From Acidilobaceae archaeon (GTDB taxonomy: Archaea > Thermoproteota > Thermoprotei_A > Sulfolobales > Acidilobaceae), in the NCBI GenBank assembly GCA_027046245.1, contig JALTZJ010000028.1, positions 1,066 to 65,065 of the forward strand: a stretch of DNA of 64,000 nt. The letters run 5' to 3'. Numbering within the stretch: the first letter of the stretch is position 1; the number at the start of each line of letters is the position of its first letter. Below are positions 1-9,402 of the stretch, piece by piece. The position numbers and the translations under genes were made by a program. The notes below the pieces were generated by a model, which saw only the letters and a program-made list of their open reading frames with translations, did not search any database and was not told the DNA's origin.

Positions 1-40
1 GGAGCCTGGTTAGGGGCACACCCTCGTCATACCCGGGCGT

Positions 41-53
41 GAAAGTTTTATAC
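41..53 (+). promoter_or_regulatory. BRE/TATA promoter of tRNA-Ile
   Basis: GAAAG-TTTTATA about 40 nt upstream of the mature tRNA 5' end; archaeal BRE+TATA pattern. Confidence 0.6.
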
Positions 54-89
54 GGCCCACACAGCGGGATAGCCACAGGGGCCTATAGA

Positions 90-166
90 GGGCCCGTAGC
101 TCAGCCTGGTAGAGCGCCCGGCTGATAACCGGGAGGTCGGGGGTTCGAATCCCCCCGGGCCCACCA
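90..166 (+). tRNA. tRNA-Ile(GAT), intronless, CCA encoded
   Basis: GGGCCCG acceptor stem pairs with CGGGCCC-ACCA; D arm TAGCTCAGCCTGGTAGAGC; anticodon arm CCCGG-CTGATAA-CCGGG; T loop GGTTCGAATCC. Confidence 0.97.
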
Positions 167-240
167 ACACAAACCCGGTGCACCATGTTTAATCTATCCA
201 CAACTTCACCTGTACTTCTCTTCTCCTGGGTTGATTAGCC

Positions 241-654
241 TTGGGCCTCGCGGAGGAGCTAGCTCACATACTGGAAACAGAGCTGGCTCGCCTGATCGTG
301 AGGGAGCCCGAGGACGAGTTGTGCCTCCACGGCTACATATTCATGTTCCTCTCTCTGAAGGGATTCCACGTGAACTACACTGGCGGTAGAGCCCAGCCGG
401 ACCTCGTGGTGAGGAGGGCAAGAGGCCGCGTGGAGGTACCTATAGAGGTCAAGCTGACTGGGACCGCAAGAGATGTTGATAAGGGCGTGGAGCAGCTGCT
501 CGGCTACATGAAAGGCTCGGAGTGGAAGGCTGGAGTGCTTTATGTTTGGGACAAGAGTAAGAGAGCCTCTGCGTATTCTAGGGCCAAAGAGGTAAACAGG
601 GTTACCAAGTGGGGGCGAACAGTGATAGTAGCGTCGGTCAAACCTAAGGGCTAG
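241..654 (+). CDS. small PD-(D/E)XK nuclease-fold protein
   Basis: E...PDLVV...IEVK...QLLGY motif pattern of restriction-endonuclease-like domains; TTG start. Confidence 0.6.
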   Translation: MGLAEELAHILETELARLIVREPEDELCLHGYIFMFLSLKGFHVNYTGGRAQPDLVVRRARGRVEVPIEVKLTGTARDVDKGVEQLLGYMKGSEWKAGVLYVWDKSKRASAYSRAKEVNRVTKWGRTVIVASVKPKG

Positions 655-895
655 GCTTCCCTGGTGCTCTTCTGGGGAGGATGCAGGAAGCCGCTAAATC
701 TCGTGGTTGTTTCTCCCCGAGGACCCGCCGTTTTTTGGCACGATTGACCCTTGGTGTTCGCGGCACTCATGATTTGTGGCCATGATGCTCTCTCACGTGT
801 TTCCTCGTATTCATCCTTTGTGGAGAACTTGGTGTCGGATTCTTCGTAACCGCACTCCAATATAACCGATATAATTGGGTATTTGTGTTAGCTGG

Positions 896-1699
896 CTAGC
901 CTAGGCTTCGTGCTTGTCGCGCCATCTCTGGGGGTGGGGTCTCCGCTTTAAACAGCATATGCTTTAGTGCCCCCATGTATGGCTCTGGCACGCCTAGGGC
1001 CTCTAGCGCCTTTACTACCTTACCTATGTCATACTCTACTCTGGCAAGTTCTACTGCGTTCTTCTCAGTGTCTAGGATTGCGTAGGCGGCGCTCGGCTCG
1101 CCGTCCCTTGGCTGCCCCACGCTTCCGGGGTTAACTATCCTGGCTCCTTGAAGGGTGAGCTTGAATTGTAAATGGGTGTGGCCTACTAGGTAGAGGCCCC
1201 TGGGGCACTCGGGGCTCCACTCGCTGCTTTCTCTCCCTGTTAGCCTTACGGGCTTTCTGCCCCTTAGGGCTTTACAGATCTTGTCCTTGCCCAGCCATGG
1301 GTAGAGGTAGCCGTAGAGGGGGTCGCTTGGAGAGCCATGAACGACTGTAGCCCGGAGCCCGTCTAAGTCTAGGTCTAGCTTGAGGGGGAGTCTAGACAGC
1401 CACTCCTTGTCTCTGGGCGAGAGTAGTTTTAGGGTTATGTTTTCTCTGAACCAAGTGCTGAGCCAGTGGGTTTCCTCGCCGCAGCGGCAGTCAACGCCAT
1501 AGCCTACTGCATGGTCGTGGTTACCCCTTACCACTCTGGCTTCGAGGCTTCTCGCTTCGTCTATGACTTCTCCAGGCCACGGGCCATAGTCGACTAGGTC
1601 GCCTAGAACTATTATTTCGTCCCAGCCTCTGGCTTCTGATAGAATCGCCCTGAGGGCCTCGAGGTTGGCGTGTATATCGCTTATCACTAGCGCCTTCAA
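896..1699 (-). CDS. calcineurin-like metallophosphoesterase
   Basis: SDIHAN, LGDLVDYG, RGNHD, VHGSP, GHTH and NPGSVGQPRD motifs. Confidence 0.9.
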   Translation of the reverse strand: MKALVISDIHANLEALRAILSEARGWDEIIVLGDLVDYGPWPGEVIDEARSLEARVVRGNHDHAVGYGVDCRCGEETHWLSTWFRENITLKLLSPRDKEWLSRLPLKLDLDLDGLRATVVHGSPSDPLYGYLYPWLGKDKICKALRGRKPVRLTGRESSEWSPECPRGLYLVGHTHLQFKLTLQGARIVNPGSVGQPRDGEPSAAYAILDTEKNAVELARVEYDIGKVVKALEALGVPEPYMGALKHMLFKAETPPPEMARQARSLG

Positions 1700-2643
1700 C
1701 CGCTGTCACCAGCGACTTTGATCGTGGCTCCTAGGTTGCGCGGCTCCGAGACGATTGTTTCGGCGTTGACCCCGTACTCTGAGGCTATAGACTCGAGGAG
1801 TCGGGCAGTGCTTGGTGCTTCGTCGATCGGTGCTATGGTGTATAGCGTGGGACCCCAGCTGCTCTGTGCTAGCGTGAGCCCGCTCCTCCTAGCTTCCTCT
1901 ACTATCATGTTTAGGTCCTTCCTGAAGATGCCTTTCTGGATCCTCATGAATGCTGCCCCGGTAGCGACTTGCATCCTCCAGAGGCCCTCCAGGGCCTGGG
2001 CTAGGTTGCCCCTAGCAACGCCCATTGCCAGGTCTAGGAAGCCTCGGGCCATCTCCACGTTCATAGCCCCTGGCGCCATCCGGGGTATCATGCCTCCTCG
2101 CTCCTCCTCTCCCTCGCCAGGTCCCGGCGGCAGCTTGGGGAGTAGTATGACTAGCCTCCACTCGATGGGTATCTTGAGCGCTACGAGAGGCCGTGGCCCC
2201 TGAGGATCTGGTACTCCGGCGTCGGCGGTGAAGCCTCCGTGTATGTAGAGGAGCGTGCCCGCCCCGCTCACCTTACCTCTTCCCAGCCTCTTAGCTAGCT
2301 TCAAGGGGCTCCCCGGATCTCCGCCGGAGGCTGCTAGCGCGGCCTGTGCAGCTGCAAGGGAGACCTGAGTGGTGGAGCCCAGGCCTACGTGCCTGGGCGG
2401 CGCTTCCCTGAGTCTGAGACAGGCATCAACGCCTAGCTCCTCCAGTAGATGATTCAGCAGGTCTTGGTAGCCTGGCGGTGCCTCTACTCTGCGCTCCCCG
2501 CACGCCACAGCCTCTACTACGACCCTGGGCTTGGCTGCGTAGAAGCCTGCAGTGCCTCGTATGCCATCGGGCCTCATTGTGTGGAACCCGGCGTGGAGTC
2601 TCGACCCTGCCTCGACGATTACACGGCCCTCCACCGCTCCCAC
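1696..2643 (-). CDS. beta-RFAP synthase family protein (GHMP superfamily)
   Basis: SRLHAGF, PRHVGLGSTTQ, GRGKVSGAG, GGFTAD and QSSWGPT motifs; 4-nt overlap with the downstream gene. Confidence 0.85.
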   Translation of the reverse strand: MGAVEGRVIVEAGSRLHAGFHTMRPDGIRGTAGFYAAKPRVVVEAVACGERRVEAPPGYQDLLNHLLEELGVDACLRLREAPPRHVGLGSTTQVSLAAAQAALAASGGDPGSPLKLAKRLGRGKVSGAGTLLYIHGGFTADAGVPDPQGPRPLVALKIPIEWRLVILLPKLPPGPGEGEEERGGMIPRMAPGAMNVEMARGFLDLAMGVARGNLAQALEGLWRMQVATGAAFMRIQKGIFRKDLNMIVEEARRSGLTLAQSSWGPTLYTIAPIDEAPSTARLLESIASEYGVNAETIVSEPRNLGATIKVAGDSG

Positions 2644-2812
2644 GGCTCCCCACTGTTTACTCTTGTCCCCTGGAAGTTCCGGTTTTAACTGGTAGTTTCC
2701 ACGTCAACCATTACGTTAAATGGGTGACATGCTCTGGATAGTCGCTGCAGCCCCGGTATTACGCTCTGGGTGATACCCGGGGACCCCTAATATTTCTCGT
2801 CGCCAGCGTAAT

Positions 2813-3067
2813 ATGGTGAGTGGTGAAGGCGTGATGAGGCTCATAACTGTGAAGATGCCTGAGATCTACGTGAGAGGGATCGACGAGCTAGTGAAGGAGG
2901 GCAGGTACAGTAGCAGGAGTGAAGTGATAAGGATAGCTGTGAGGGAGCTTCTAAAGAGGGAGTTATGGGGTACGGCATTCACCGTGGCCGACGTGCCACT
3001 GGTTAGGGTGAAGCCCGATGCCCCCTTCAGGGTGGGCGTCGGCGAGGGCGAGGCCACGGTAGGCTAG
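2813..3067 (+). CDS. ribbon-helix-helix (CopG-like) transcriptional regulator
   Basis: LITVKMP..IDELVKEGRYSSRSEVIRIAVRELL; true start may be a few codons downstream. Confidence 0.85.
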   Translation: MVSGEGVMRLITVKMPEIYVRGIDELVKEGRYSSRSEVIRIAVRELLKRELWGTAFTVADVPLVRVKPDAPFRVGVGEGEATVG

Positions 3068-3072
3068 CACTG

Positions 3073-4092
3073 CTACCTGACGGCTCCGGGTTTTAGGTCG
3101 GCGAGGCTGAATATAGCCATAACGTCTCTAGGCTTGCACCTTCTACGGGCCTCCTCGACTACCATGGATATTTTGTCCTTGTCGACGGCGTGCGTCATGA
3201 AGTAGCATACGTGTCTCCACGCGCCGGGCGGGTAGCTCTCCCTGAGGACGACGTGGGTACTGTAGGGCAGCTCCGCTGCCCTCCTGCAGGCTTCCTCCTC
3301 GCCTTCATCGCCGGGCTCCATCACGACCATCGCGTTCTCCGTGAACCCGGCTTTGTGTCCGTCTAACGCTGCCCCGGGATCCATGAGCACCCCTTTATCC
3401 AGGAGGAGCCTAGCCTGGTCAACAACCTCCTCTACGGTTAGCCCGAGCCTCTCCGCGGCATTCCTGTAGGGGTCTAGGCTTATCGGCAGCACCCTGACTA
3501 GCTTGGGCAGCAGCGGGTCTACGCCTAGATCCTCAGGTGTAGGAGGCTTCTCAGCCACCCTCCAGTACCGGCCGCTCCTGGAGACGCCCTCGTATAGATC
3601 ATACTTAACGCTGAGCTTGTAGGTCTTCTTGCTGAAAAGCGCCACCCAGGCTTTGCTGCCGCTCTCCTCCGCGGCCCTCCTTATCTCCTCCAGTAGCTCC
3701 TCTCTGCTCCTCCTCTTGATCACTATCCACACGTTATAGACTGGATGATTCCTCAGGTAGTTGTGTGTGACGTCAGGATCGTGCTTGTAGCGCTCCGCCA
3801 GTAATTTATAGTTGTCTCCAGCGGCGAAAGCCGCTAGCACAGCGACCTTACGCTGGGCCCGGTAGTTGTAGTAGAAGCCTATCCTCTTCAACACTCCTCT
3901 CTTGGCCAGGGCCTTGAGCCGGGATACCGCCTCCTCCCCCGGGATCCCCAGGCGCTCTGCCACGTCTCCTATCGGGTTCGGCGTTAGGGGGAAGTTGTAC
4001 TGTAGCTCCATTAGGAGAGCAGCGTCTAGAGGATCGACGCCCGCGGCTTCAACCTTGGGATGCGGCCTAGGTAGCTGGCCCTGAACGCCCAA
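3073..4092 (-). CDS. siroheme decarboxylase, fused AhbA/AhbB (NirDL-like)
   Basis: two tandem Lrp-like units with VTHNYLR...YNVW and STHVVLR...YFMTHA; lies beside siroheme genes. Confidence 0.85.
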   Translation of the reverse strand: MGVQGQLPRPHPKVEAAGVDPLDAALLMELQYNFPLTPNPIGDVAERLGIPGEEAVSRLKALAKRGVLKRIGFYYNYRAQRKVAVLAAFAAGDNYKLLAERYKHDPDVTHNYLRNHPVYNVWIVIKRRSREELLEEIRRAAEESGSKAWVALFSKKTYKLSVKYDLYEGVSRSGRYWRVAEKPPTPEDLGVDPLLPKLVRVLPISLDPYRNAAERLGLTVEEVVDQARLLLDKGVLMDPGAALDGHKAGFTENAMVVMEPGDEGEEEACRRAAELPYSTHVVLRESYPPGAWRHVCYFMTHAVDKDKISMVVEEARRRCKPRDVMAIFSLADLKPGAVR

Positions 4093-4331
4093 TACGCTAA
4101 GCCACCCCGTATTCCACCAATTGATACACTGTTTCGGGTGTGGGGTTGATGTCTGTGATGCCTTGCGTGTAGGGTCGCAGTATTTACGCGGTTAACCTAA
4201 ATAGAGGCTCCCGGGTTCAATCCACCAAGCTTATTAACACATGTTTATCAGTGTAGGATATATGCGGTGGGGGGTGTTCAGGGCTGCAGCGCTTCAAAGG
4301 ACCAGAGGCGCTCATAGCCGTCGCCCCGTTA

Positions 4332-5573
4332 ATGGCGCTAGCCTTCCTAAGCCTCGCAGTAGCAGGCCTAGCAGGCTCCGGTCTACTAGCGGCGATGGGA
4401 GGCGTAGACCCTGGACCCCTCTCGGCACTAAGAGCGCTCTACCCGGCTCACTGGGCTCTAATGATCTATGGCTTCACCCTCGCATTGATAGCGGCTGAGA
4501 TGCTGGGCTTCCTGAGCCTCGAGTGGAGCGGCCGCGTAGCCCCTCTCTCCGTAAGAGCCGCGGTGTTCCTGGGCGTGCTCTCGGCTACAGCATTAATGGT
4601 GCTAGGCGCCGAGGTACTCGGCCTCCTAGTCGCGGCGCTTACCTTAGCAGTCCTCACAGCGTACTCGGTGAAAACACTAGTGGCGCCGAGCTGGGCAGGC
4701 CTACCACCAACACACTATAACTATCTCCTAGCAGTGACGCCCGCGGTCTTCGCCCTAGTTTCCCTCTACGCAGCTCTCCAGGAGTTGCTCCCTCTACCCA
4801 GAATGGATCCAGGCCTTGTGGGCCTGATCCTCCCAGTCGCGGCGATAATAGCAGTAGTAACCAGGGATATACCGCTACTCCTGGGGGTTAACCCGGCGAG
4901 GCTAGCCCTGAAGACGGGCGGCAAGCTCAGGCTCAGAGCGGTAGCGGCATTCACCATCTCATCCCTCGGAGTACTACTAGTTGCCTTCAACCACTGGCTC
5001 CCCGGCGGCGCCCTGCTGCTCCTAGGCGCAGTTACAGGCCTAGCTAGCACAGGGCTCGTGGAGGCCCTCTCAGCCGCAGGGAGGGCAGTGCCCCGCGAGA
5101 TAAGGGTACACGTAGCCTCTCACCTAGCCCTCGCATACGCATGGCTAGCCGCAGCAGGCCTTACGGCAGCCCTCACGGGCCTCGGCTATAAACCGCCCCT
5201 CGCGGTAGACGCCTATACGCACATGGTTACCTTGGGCTTCATGTTCAACGTCATAATGGGGGTAGACGCGGTACTCCTCTTCGGCCATGCAGGAATACCG
5301 GTAACAGAGGCCCCCAAGCCCACGCCGGTACCCGGAGTGCTTCTTAACCTGGGCCTCCTAGCCAGGCTAGCCTTCGACGCCGGCATAGCACCCGGGGGCC
5401 TGGCAGCTGCAAGCGCTGTCCTCGTCGGCCTGGGCATAGCATTCTTCTACCTGAGAGCTGTTAGAGTGCTGGCGCCGAGAGTGGCTAGGCATCTAGCTGC
5501 GGCTAGAGCAGAGAGCTCGGCAGGCGCTGTAGAGGCAGAGGCTTTTGTGCCAGCCCGCCACCAAAAACACTAG
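4332..5573 (+). CDS. polytopic membrane protein, NnrS-like
   Basis: about 12 hydrophobic segments with HWALMIYGF and DAYTHMVTLGF His motifs resembling NnrS. Confidence 0.6.
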   Translation: MALAFLSLAVAGLAGSGLLAAMGGVDPGPLSALRALYPAHWALMIYGFTLALIAAEMLGFLSLEWSGRVAPLSVRAAVFLGVLSATALMVLGAEVLGLLVAALTLAVLTAYSVKTLVAPSWAGLPPTHYNYLLAVTPAVFALVSLYAALQELLPLPRMDPGLVGLILPVAAIIAVVTRDIPLLLGVNPARLALKTGGKLRLRAVAAFTISSLGVLLVAFNHWLPGGALLLLGAVTGLASTGLVEALSAAGRAVPREIRVHVASHLALAYAWLAAAGLTAALTGLGYKPPLAVDAYTHMVTLGFMFNVIMGVDAVLLFGHAGIPVTEAPKPTPVPGVLLNLGLLARLAFDAGIAPGGLAAASAVLVGLGIAFFYLRAVRVLAPRVARHLAAARAESSAGAVEAEAFVPARHQKH

Positions 5574-6170
5574 CCTTCCCTCGTAGGCAACGCTAGAAGA
5601 ATCGCCGCAGCTAGAAACAGCGCCCCGCTCAGTAAATGCCTGAGACCCGTCACTCCAGGGGCTTTTAGGCCCAATAGGGAGGCGATCTCCGGGAAGAGGA
5701 GCCATAATAGTAGTAGTGATAGGGCTAGTGCTGCTGCCGCGAGGCCGCGAATACTCCTACCGGTAACGGCTAGCGCGAGCCCAGCTAAGCCCGTGCTGAA
5801 GAGTAGGCCTCCGAAGAGCGATACTACTCTTATCGCGCTGCCGGGGACGCCGAGCGGGGTCCTTAACGGGGGTAGGAGTAGAGTTATGATAGAGTGGATA
5901 TTGAGCGCGGCTGCGATGAGGGAGCCGAGGAGAAAAGCGGCGCCGGCTAGCCTCCAAGCGCCCCTCAGCTCGGCGAGGCCGATTATACCCGCTAATATGA
6001 ATAAGGGGCTCACATGCAAGTTTATGGTTGAAGATGCGAGTATCGCGCTCTTGAAGGCATTGCCGTCAAGCCCCAACTATCCATAGGTATACTCCTACAG
6101 CCAGGGATTTCAGGCCGATGACAGCAAGGCCGGCAGCTACGAGCAGCACAGCCAGCCGCTTCAGCTCCAT
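5570..6170 (-). pseudogene. hypothetical membrane protein split by a +1 frameshift (or an assembly indel)
   Basis: ATG at 6170 gives MELKRLAVLLVAAGLAVIGLKSLAVGVYLWIVG; removing one base of the C run at 6071-6074 joins it to hydrophobic ORF 5570..6076. Confidence 0.55.
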
Positions 6171-6289
6171 ATCTATGCACCACCGGGCATTCAATACGAC
6201 GCTAATGTAAGGGCTAGGTAGTACAAGATTGTTTCAAGCTCAGTCATTTTTAATGATTAACCCTTGAGGATCGAGGGGAGGCATGCGGA

Positions 6290-6979
6290 ATGCATAGTAG
6301 AGGACGGGGCTCGATCCAGTTCCTAGCAGTAGACGCCTCTAGCCTCCGAGTATTGGTCATCGGAGGCGGGAGGGCCGGTGCTGGTAGGGCGCTCAGGCTG
6401 GCCGAGAGAGGCGCTAAAGTAGTCGTCATCAGCCTAGACTTCTCCGAGGATCTCGTAGACGCCTGGAGGAGGGGATCGCTCCAGCTTGTGAAGGCCGATG
6501 CCAATGATACGCTAGTTGATGCACTCATGGAATGGGCAAACCTAATAGTGGTTGCCGTCCCCGAGGCGGGGCTAGCAGAGAGTCTAGCCAGGAAGGCGGA
6601 GTCACTAGGCAAACTAGTCTCGGTAGCAACGACAGGCGTGAGAGGCAACACGGTGATGCCCTTCCAGGGCTATTCGCAGGAGTTGCACTACGCTGTGACC
6701 AGCCTCGGAGTCAGCGGTTTGGCCGCGAGGAGAGCACTGGAACTAATCCAGGAGAGGGTAGCGAGCGACCCGGAAGTCAGGTGCCTTCTGCGAGTGCATG
6801 GCGAGCTTAAGAGGAGGCTAATAAAGAGGGTGGAGGACCACAAATCCAGGATGAAAGTTCATGAAGCGTTATGGATAGACGAGGAGTTCAGAAGACTATG
6901 CATGGAGGGCAGAGAGGAGGAAGCACTAGCCAGGGCGTTGAAGCTAGCCGAGGAGCATACAGGGGTGCAATTGTCTTGA
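6290..6979 (+). CDS. sirC: precorrin-2 dehydrogenase (SirC/Met8/CysG N-terminal type)
   Basis: RVLVIGGGRAG Rossmann motif, GNTVMP, AVTSLGVS. Confidence 0.8.
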   Translation: MHSRGRGSIQFLAVDASSLRVLVIGGGRAGAGRALRLAERGAKVVVISLDFSEDLVDAWRRGSLQLVKADANDTLVDALMEWANLIVVAVPEAGLAESLARKAESLGKLVSVATTGVRGNTVMPFQGYSQELHYAVTSLGVSGLAARRALELIQERVASDPEVRCLLRVHGELKRRLIKRVEDHKSRMKVHEALWIDEEFRRLCMEGREEEALARALKLAEEHTGVQLS

Positions 6980-7740
6980 GCCAGAGCCGGAGCTGTAGAA
7001 TAGCGTACACAGGCCCCGAGCCACCGCCTAGAGAGTTAAGGGAGAGGGTCTACTGGGTGCCACTCCTCACGGTGGAACCAGTAAAGGGGGCGAGCCGGGA
7101 GCTGCTGAAGGCAAGGCATAGAGGTGGCCCCAAGTTAATAGTCGTCACTAGCCCTAGGACGCCCAGGTTCCTAGCCCTCGACGCCATAGAGCATGGCGTG
7201 TACCAGGAACTGAGGAAGCTGGTAGAGGAGTCAGTAGTAGCGGCGGTAGGGCCCTTCACACTGCGCGAGGCCGAGAGACTCCTGGGAGCACCGAATAAGA
7301 AGATCGTCCCTGGTTACTGGAGTGTGGAAAGCCTGGCAGGAGAGCTACTAGACCGTGGAGAAAGGTACAGTATAGCCCTGGTGTTGAGGGCGTCAAGCCC
7401 GTCGCCTAGCTACAAGAAGTTAATGGAGGCTCTAGGCTCTATAGCAGGGGCAGTCGAGGAGGTCATAGTATACAGGAATACGCCGTTGAGGAGTAATGCA
7501 GAGCTACTAGCAGGTATGATCCGTGAGGGTCTAGTCGATGTTATCGCGGTTTCTAGCCCCCTACAGGCAAGGCTACTCGCCGAGGCCCTTCACGGCGAGC
7601 AGCCAAGAGCGGGGCTAGCAGTGATAGGCAGGGCGACGAGGAGAGCCGTTGAAGAGGCAGGCCTAAAAGCCGGGGTCGAGGCCCAAGAGCCTAGCGTGGC
7701 CGCGCTGATGGAGGCTGCCTCACTCCTCTGCAGATCCTAG
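6976..7740 (+). CDS. hemD: uroporphyrinogen-III synthase
   Basis: VTSP, AVGPFT, VYRN, VSSP and VIGRAT HemD motifs; TTG start overlaps upstream TGA (TTGA). Confidence 0.8.
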   Translation: MSQSRSCRIAYTGPEPPPRELRERVYWVPLLTVEPVKGASRELLKARHRGGPKLIVVTSPRTPRFLALDAIEHGVYQELRKLVEESVVAAVGPFTLREAERLLGAPNKKIVPGYWSVESLAGELLDRGERYSIALVLRASSPSPSYKKLMEALGSIAGAVEEVIVYRNTPLRSNAELLAGMIREGLVDVIAVSSPLQARLLAEALHGEQPRAGLAVIGRATRRAVEEAGLKAGVEAQEPSVAALMEAASLLCRS

Positions 7741-8337
7741 AGTAGCCTGGGCGATACCGACTAGCCACGACTTAACCGCTATCCTAGCAGCGGGCGGCTC
7801 TAGAAGGTAGCCGACGCCCCTGCCCTTGCACTCCCTCTCTATGAACCCTGTTAGCCTGCCCGGTAGCATGCTAGTCGCCACCGTGCATTCGCCGCACCTT
7901 AACTCGCCTACCCTGGCTTCCCCCACCCTGGCCCCCGTAGCCGAGGCTAGCAGGCTCTTCAACCTCTCAAGATCCTCCCTCTGCTCCTCCACGAACCGCT
8001 TAGCAGGCCAGTAGAGCACTACGACCTCGCTGCAGCCCGCTCCTCTGAGGGCCTCCGCTGCACCCCAAGCAGCCACCTCGACCGGTATCCTGTAAGCCCT
8101 GCTACCAGCCTCTAGCGCAGCCTCCCTAACAGTAGCCCAGTGGCCCCCCCGGAAGGGTAGCAGGGCAGCAACCGTGTCTCCCCTCCTGAAGTCCTGTCTC
8201 CCCTCCTCTACTACGCTTATCGGTACAGCCTGCCACTTGACTCCCAGCACCTCGCCAGCCTCAGCGGCGAGGCTCCTGGCTATCCCGTGCCCCTCCTCCC
8301 TTCCTGGATCGTGATAAACCACTATCAGGCGAGCCAC
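7720..8337 (-). CDS. CbiX/SirB-like chelatase (divergent)
   Basis: N-terminal IVVYH and LLPFRGGH pattern of the CbiX fold; adjacent to sirC/hemD. Confidence 0.55.
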   Translation of the reverse strand: MARLIVVYHDPGREEGHGIARSLAAEAGEVLGVKWQAVPISVVEEGRQDFRRGDTVAALLPFRGGHWATVREAALEAGSRAYRIPVEVAAWGAAEALRGAGCSEVVVLYWPAKRFVEEQREDLERLKSLLASATGARVGEARVGELRCGECTVATSMLPGRLTGFIERECKGRGVGYLLEPPAARIAVKSWLVGIAQATLGSAEE

Positions 8338-8339
8338 CC

Positions 8340-9323
8340 CTAAGCCACCCCCAGGGCCTCTGCAAGCCTCAAGCTCCTCTCAGGCCTCTCAGGGCTCCCA
8401 CTGATCTCCTCCAGATAGATGCGCCGCAGCTCCTCCACGACTCTAGCCGGCATCTCCGCTGTGCTTGCCGGCGACAGATACTCACGCAGCTCCTCATCGC
8501 TCCTCGCGATCACCACGACGCTCCAAACCGGTATACTACTAAATATAAAGGAGAGTGCCTTCTGGCCGGGAGTACCGGGTAGACCTTCGAGGAGGGGCCG
8601 CATCCTCTCATAGTACACCCTAAAGGCCCACCTATACCAGCCACCCCTCCTTAGGCTCCTGTGATCGCTAACCCCCTTCTCCTCGCCGGGCCTGAGCCTC
8701 TCATCTAGGACGCCGCCTGCGTGGGGTACCCTTGCTACGCCCTTAACACCCCTCTCCCTGGCGAGTAACGCTATAGTCCTGCCAGGCTCCTGCTCAAGCA
8801 TATTGTATACAAACTGTAGCACGTCTACTTCTCCAGTGTCGAGGGCTAAAAGAGCCTCCTCAAGTATATCCGTCTCAGGGCCAAGAGCCACCCCTACCAG
8901 GTCCGCGGCCTCGCGCCTAGCCCACCTAAGGAACCTAGAGGCCACGCCGCTAGTGAAGGCCTCCCTAGTAGGGTTATGAAGGTAAAGTAAGTCTACCTTG
9001 TCAACGCCTAGCCTCTCAAGGCTACGTCTCGCAGCCTTCACGAGATAGCCAAGCTCCATCCTCCTAACAGGCCTCCCAGGGCTACTGTAGAAGTCATAGC
9101 CAACCTTAGTAGCAACGACAACGCCACCCTGAGGGAATGCCTCCCTAACAAGTTCCTCGCCAAGACCCCTACCGTAGACATCAGCGGTGTCAAGGTGATG
9201 TGCTCCAAGGCTCCAGGCAAGGCGGAGAAGGCCTACAGCCCGCTCCCGGGGCACATCACCATACATGCCAGTCACGCTATAGACTCCATAGGCTATAGGG
9301 AGCCTGCCTGGCACGCCGCCCAC
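8340..9323 (-). CDS. aldo/keto reductase
   Basis: DTADVYG, ATKVG, SLERL..DLLYLH and YNMLEQ motifs; GTG at 9323 preferred over the ORF start at 9422. Confidence 0.9.
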   Translation of the reverse strand: MGGVPGRLPIAYGVYSVTGMYGDVPRERAVGLLRLAWSLGAHHLDTADVYGRGLGEELVREAFPQGGVVVATKVGYDFYSSPGRPVRRMELGYLVKAARRSLERLGVDKVDLLYLHNPTREAFTSGVASRFLRWARREAADLVGVALGPETDILEEALLALDTGEVDVLQFVYNMLEQEPGRTIALLARERGVKGVARVPHAGGVLDERLRPGEEKGVSDHRSLRRGGWYRWAFRVYYERMRPLLEGLPGTPGQKALSFIFSSIPVWSVVVIARSDEELREYLSPASTAEMPARVVEELRRIYLEEISGSPERPERSLRLAEALGVA

Positions 9324-9402
9324 ACGCCCCCACCAGTAAAACAATATACCGAGGGCCTCAGGGGTAGCTAAGATGAGTCGTTTACGTGCACCACCCACGT
9401 AA

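Noticed and set aside
10-201. 63-aa minus-strand ORF
   Set aside because: Antisense shadow of tRNA-Ile
651-860. 69-aa minus-strand ORF
   Set aside because: No motif and atypical composition; at most a degraded fragment
4211-4227. CCGGGTTCAATCCACCA resembles a tRNA T arm plus CCA (possible att site)
   Set aside because: No cloverleaf, the T stem does not pair fully, and it does not match the tRNA-Ile 3' end
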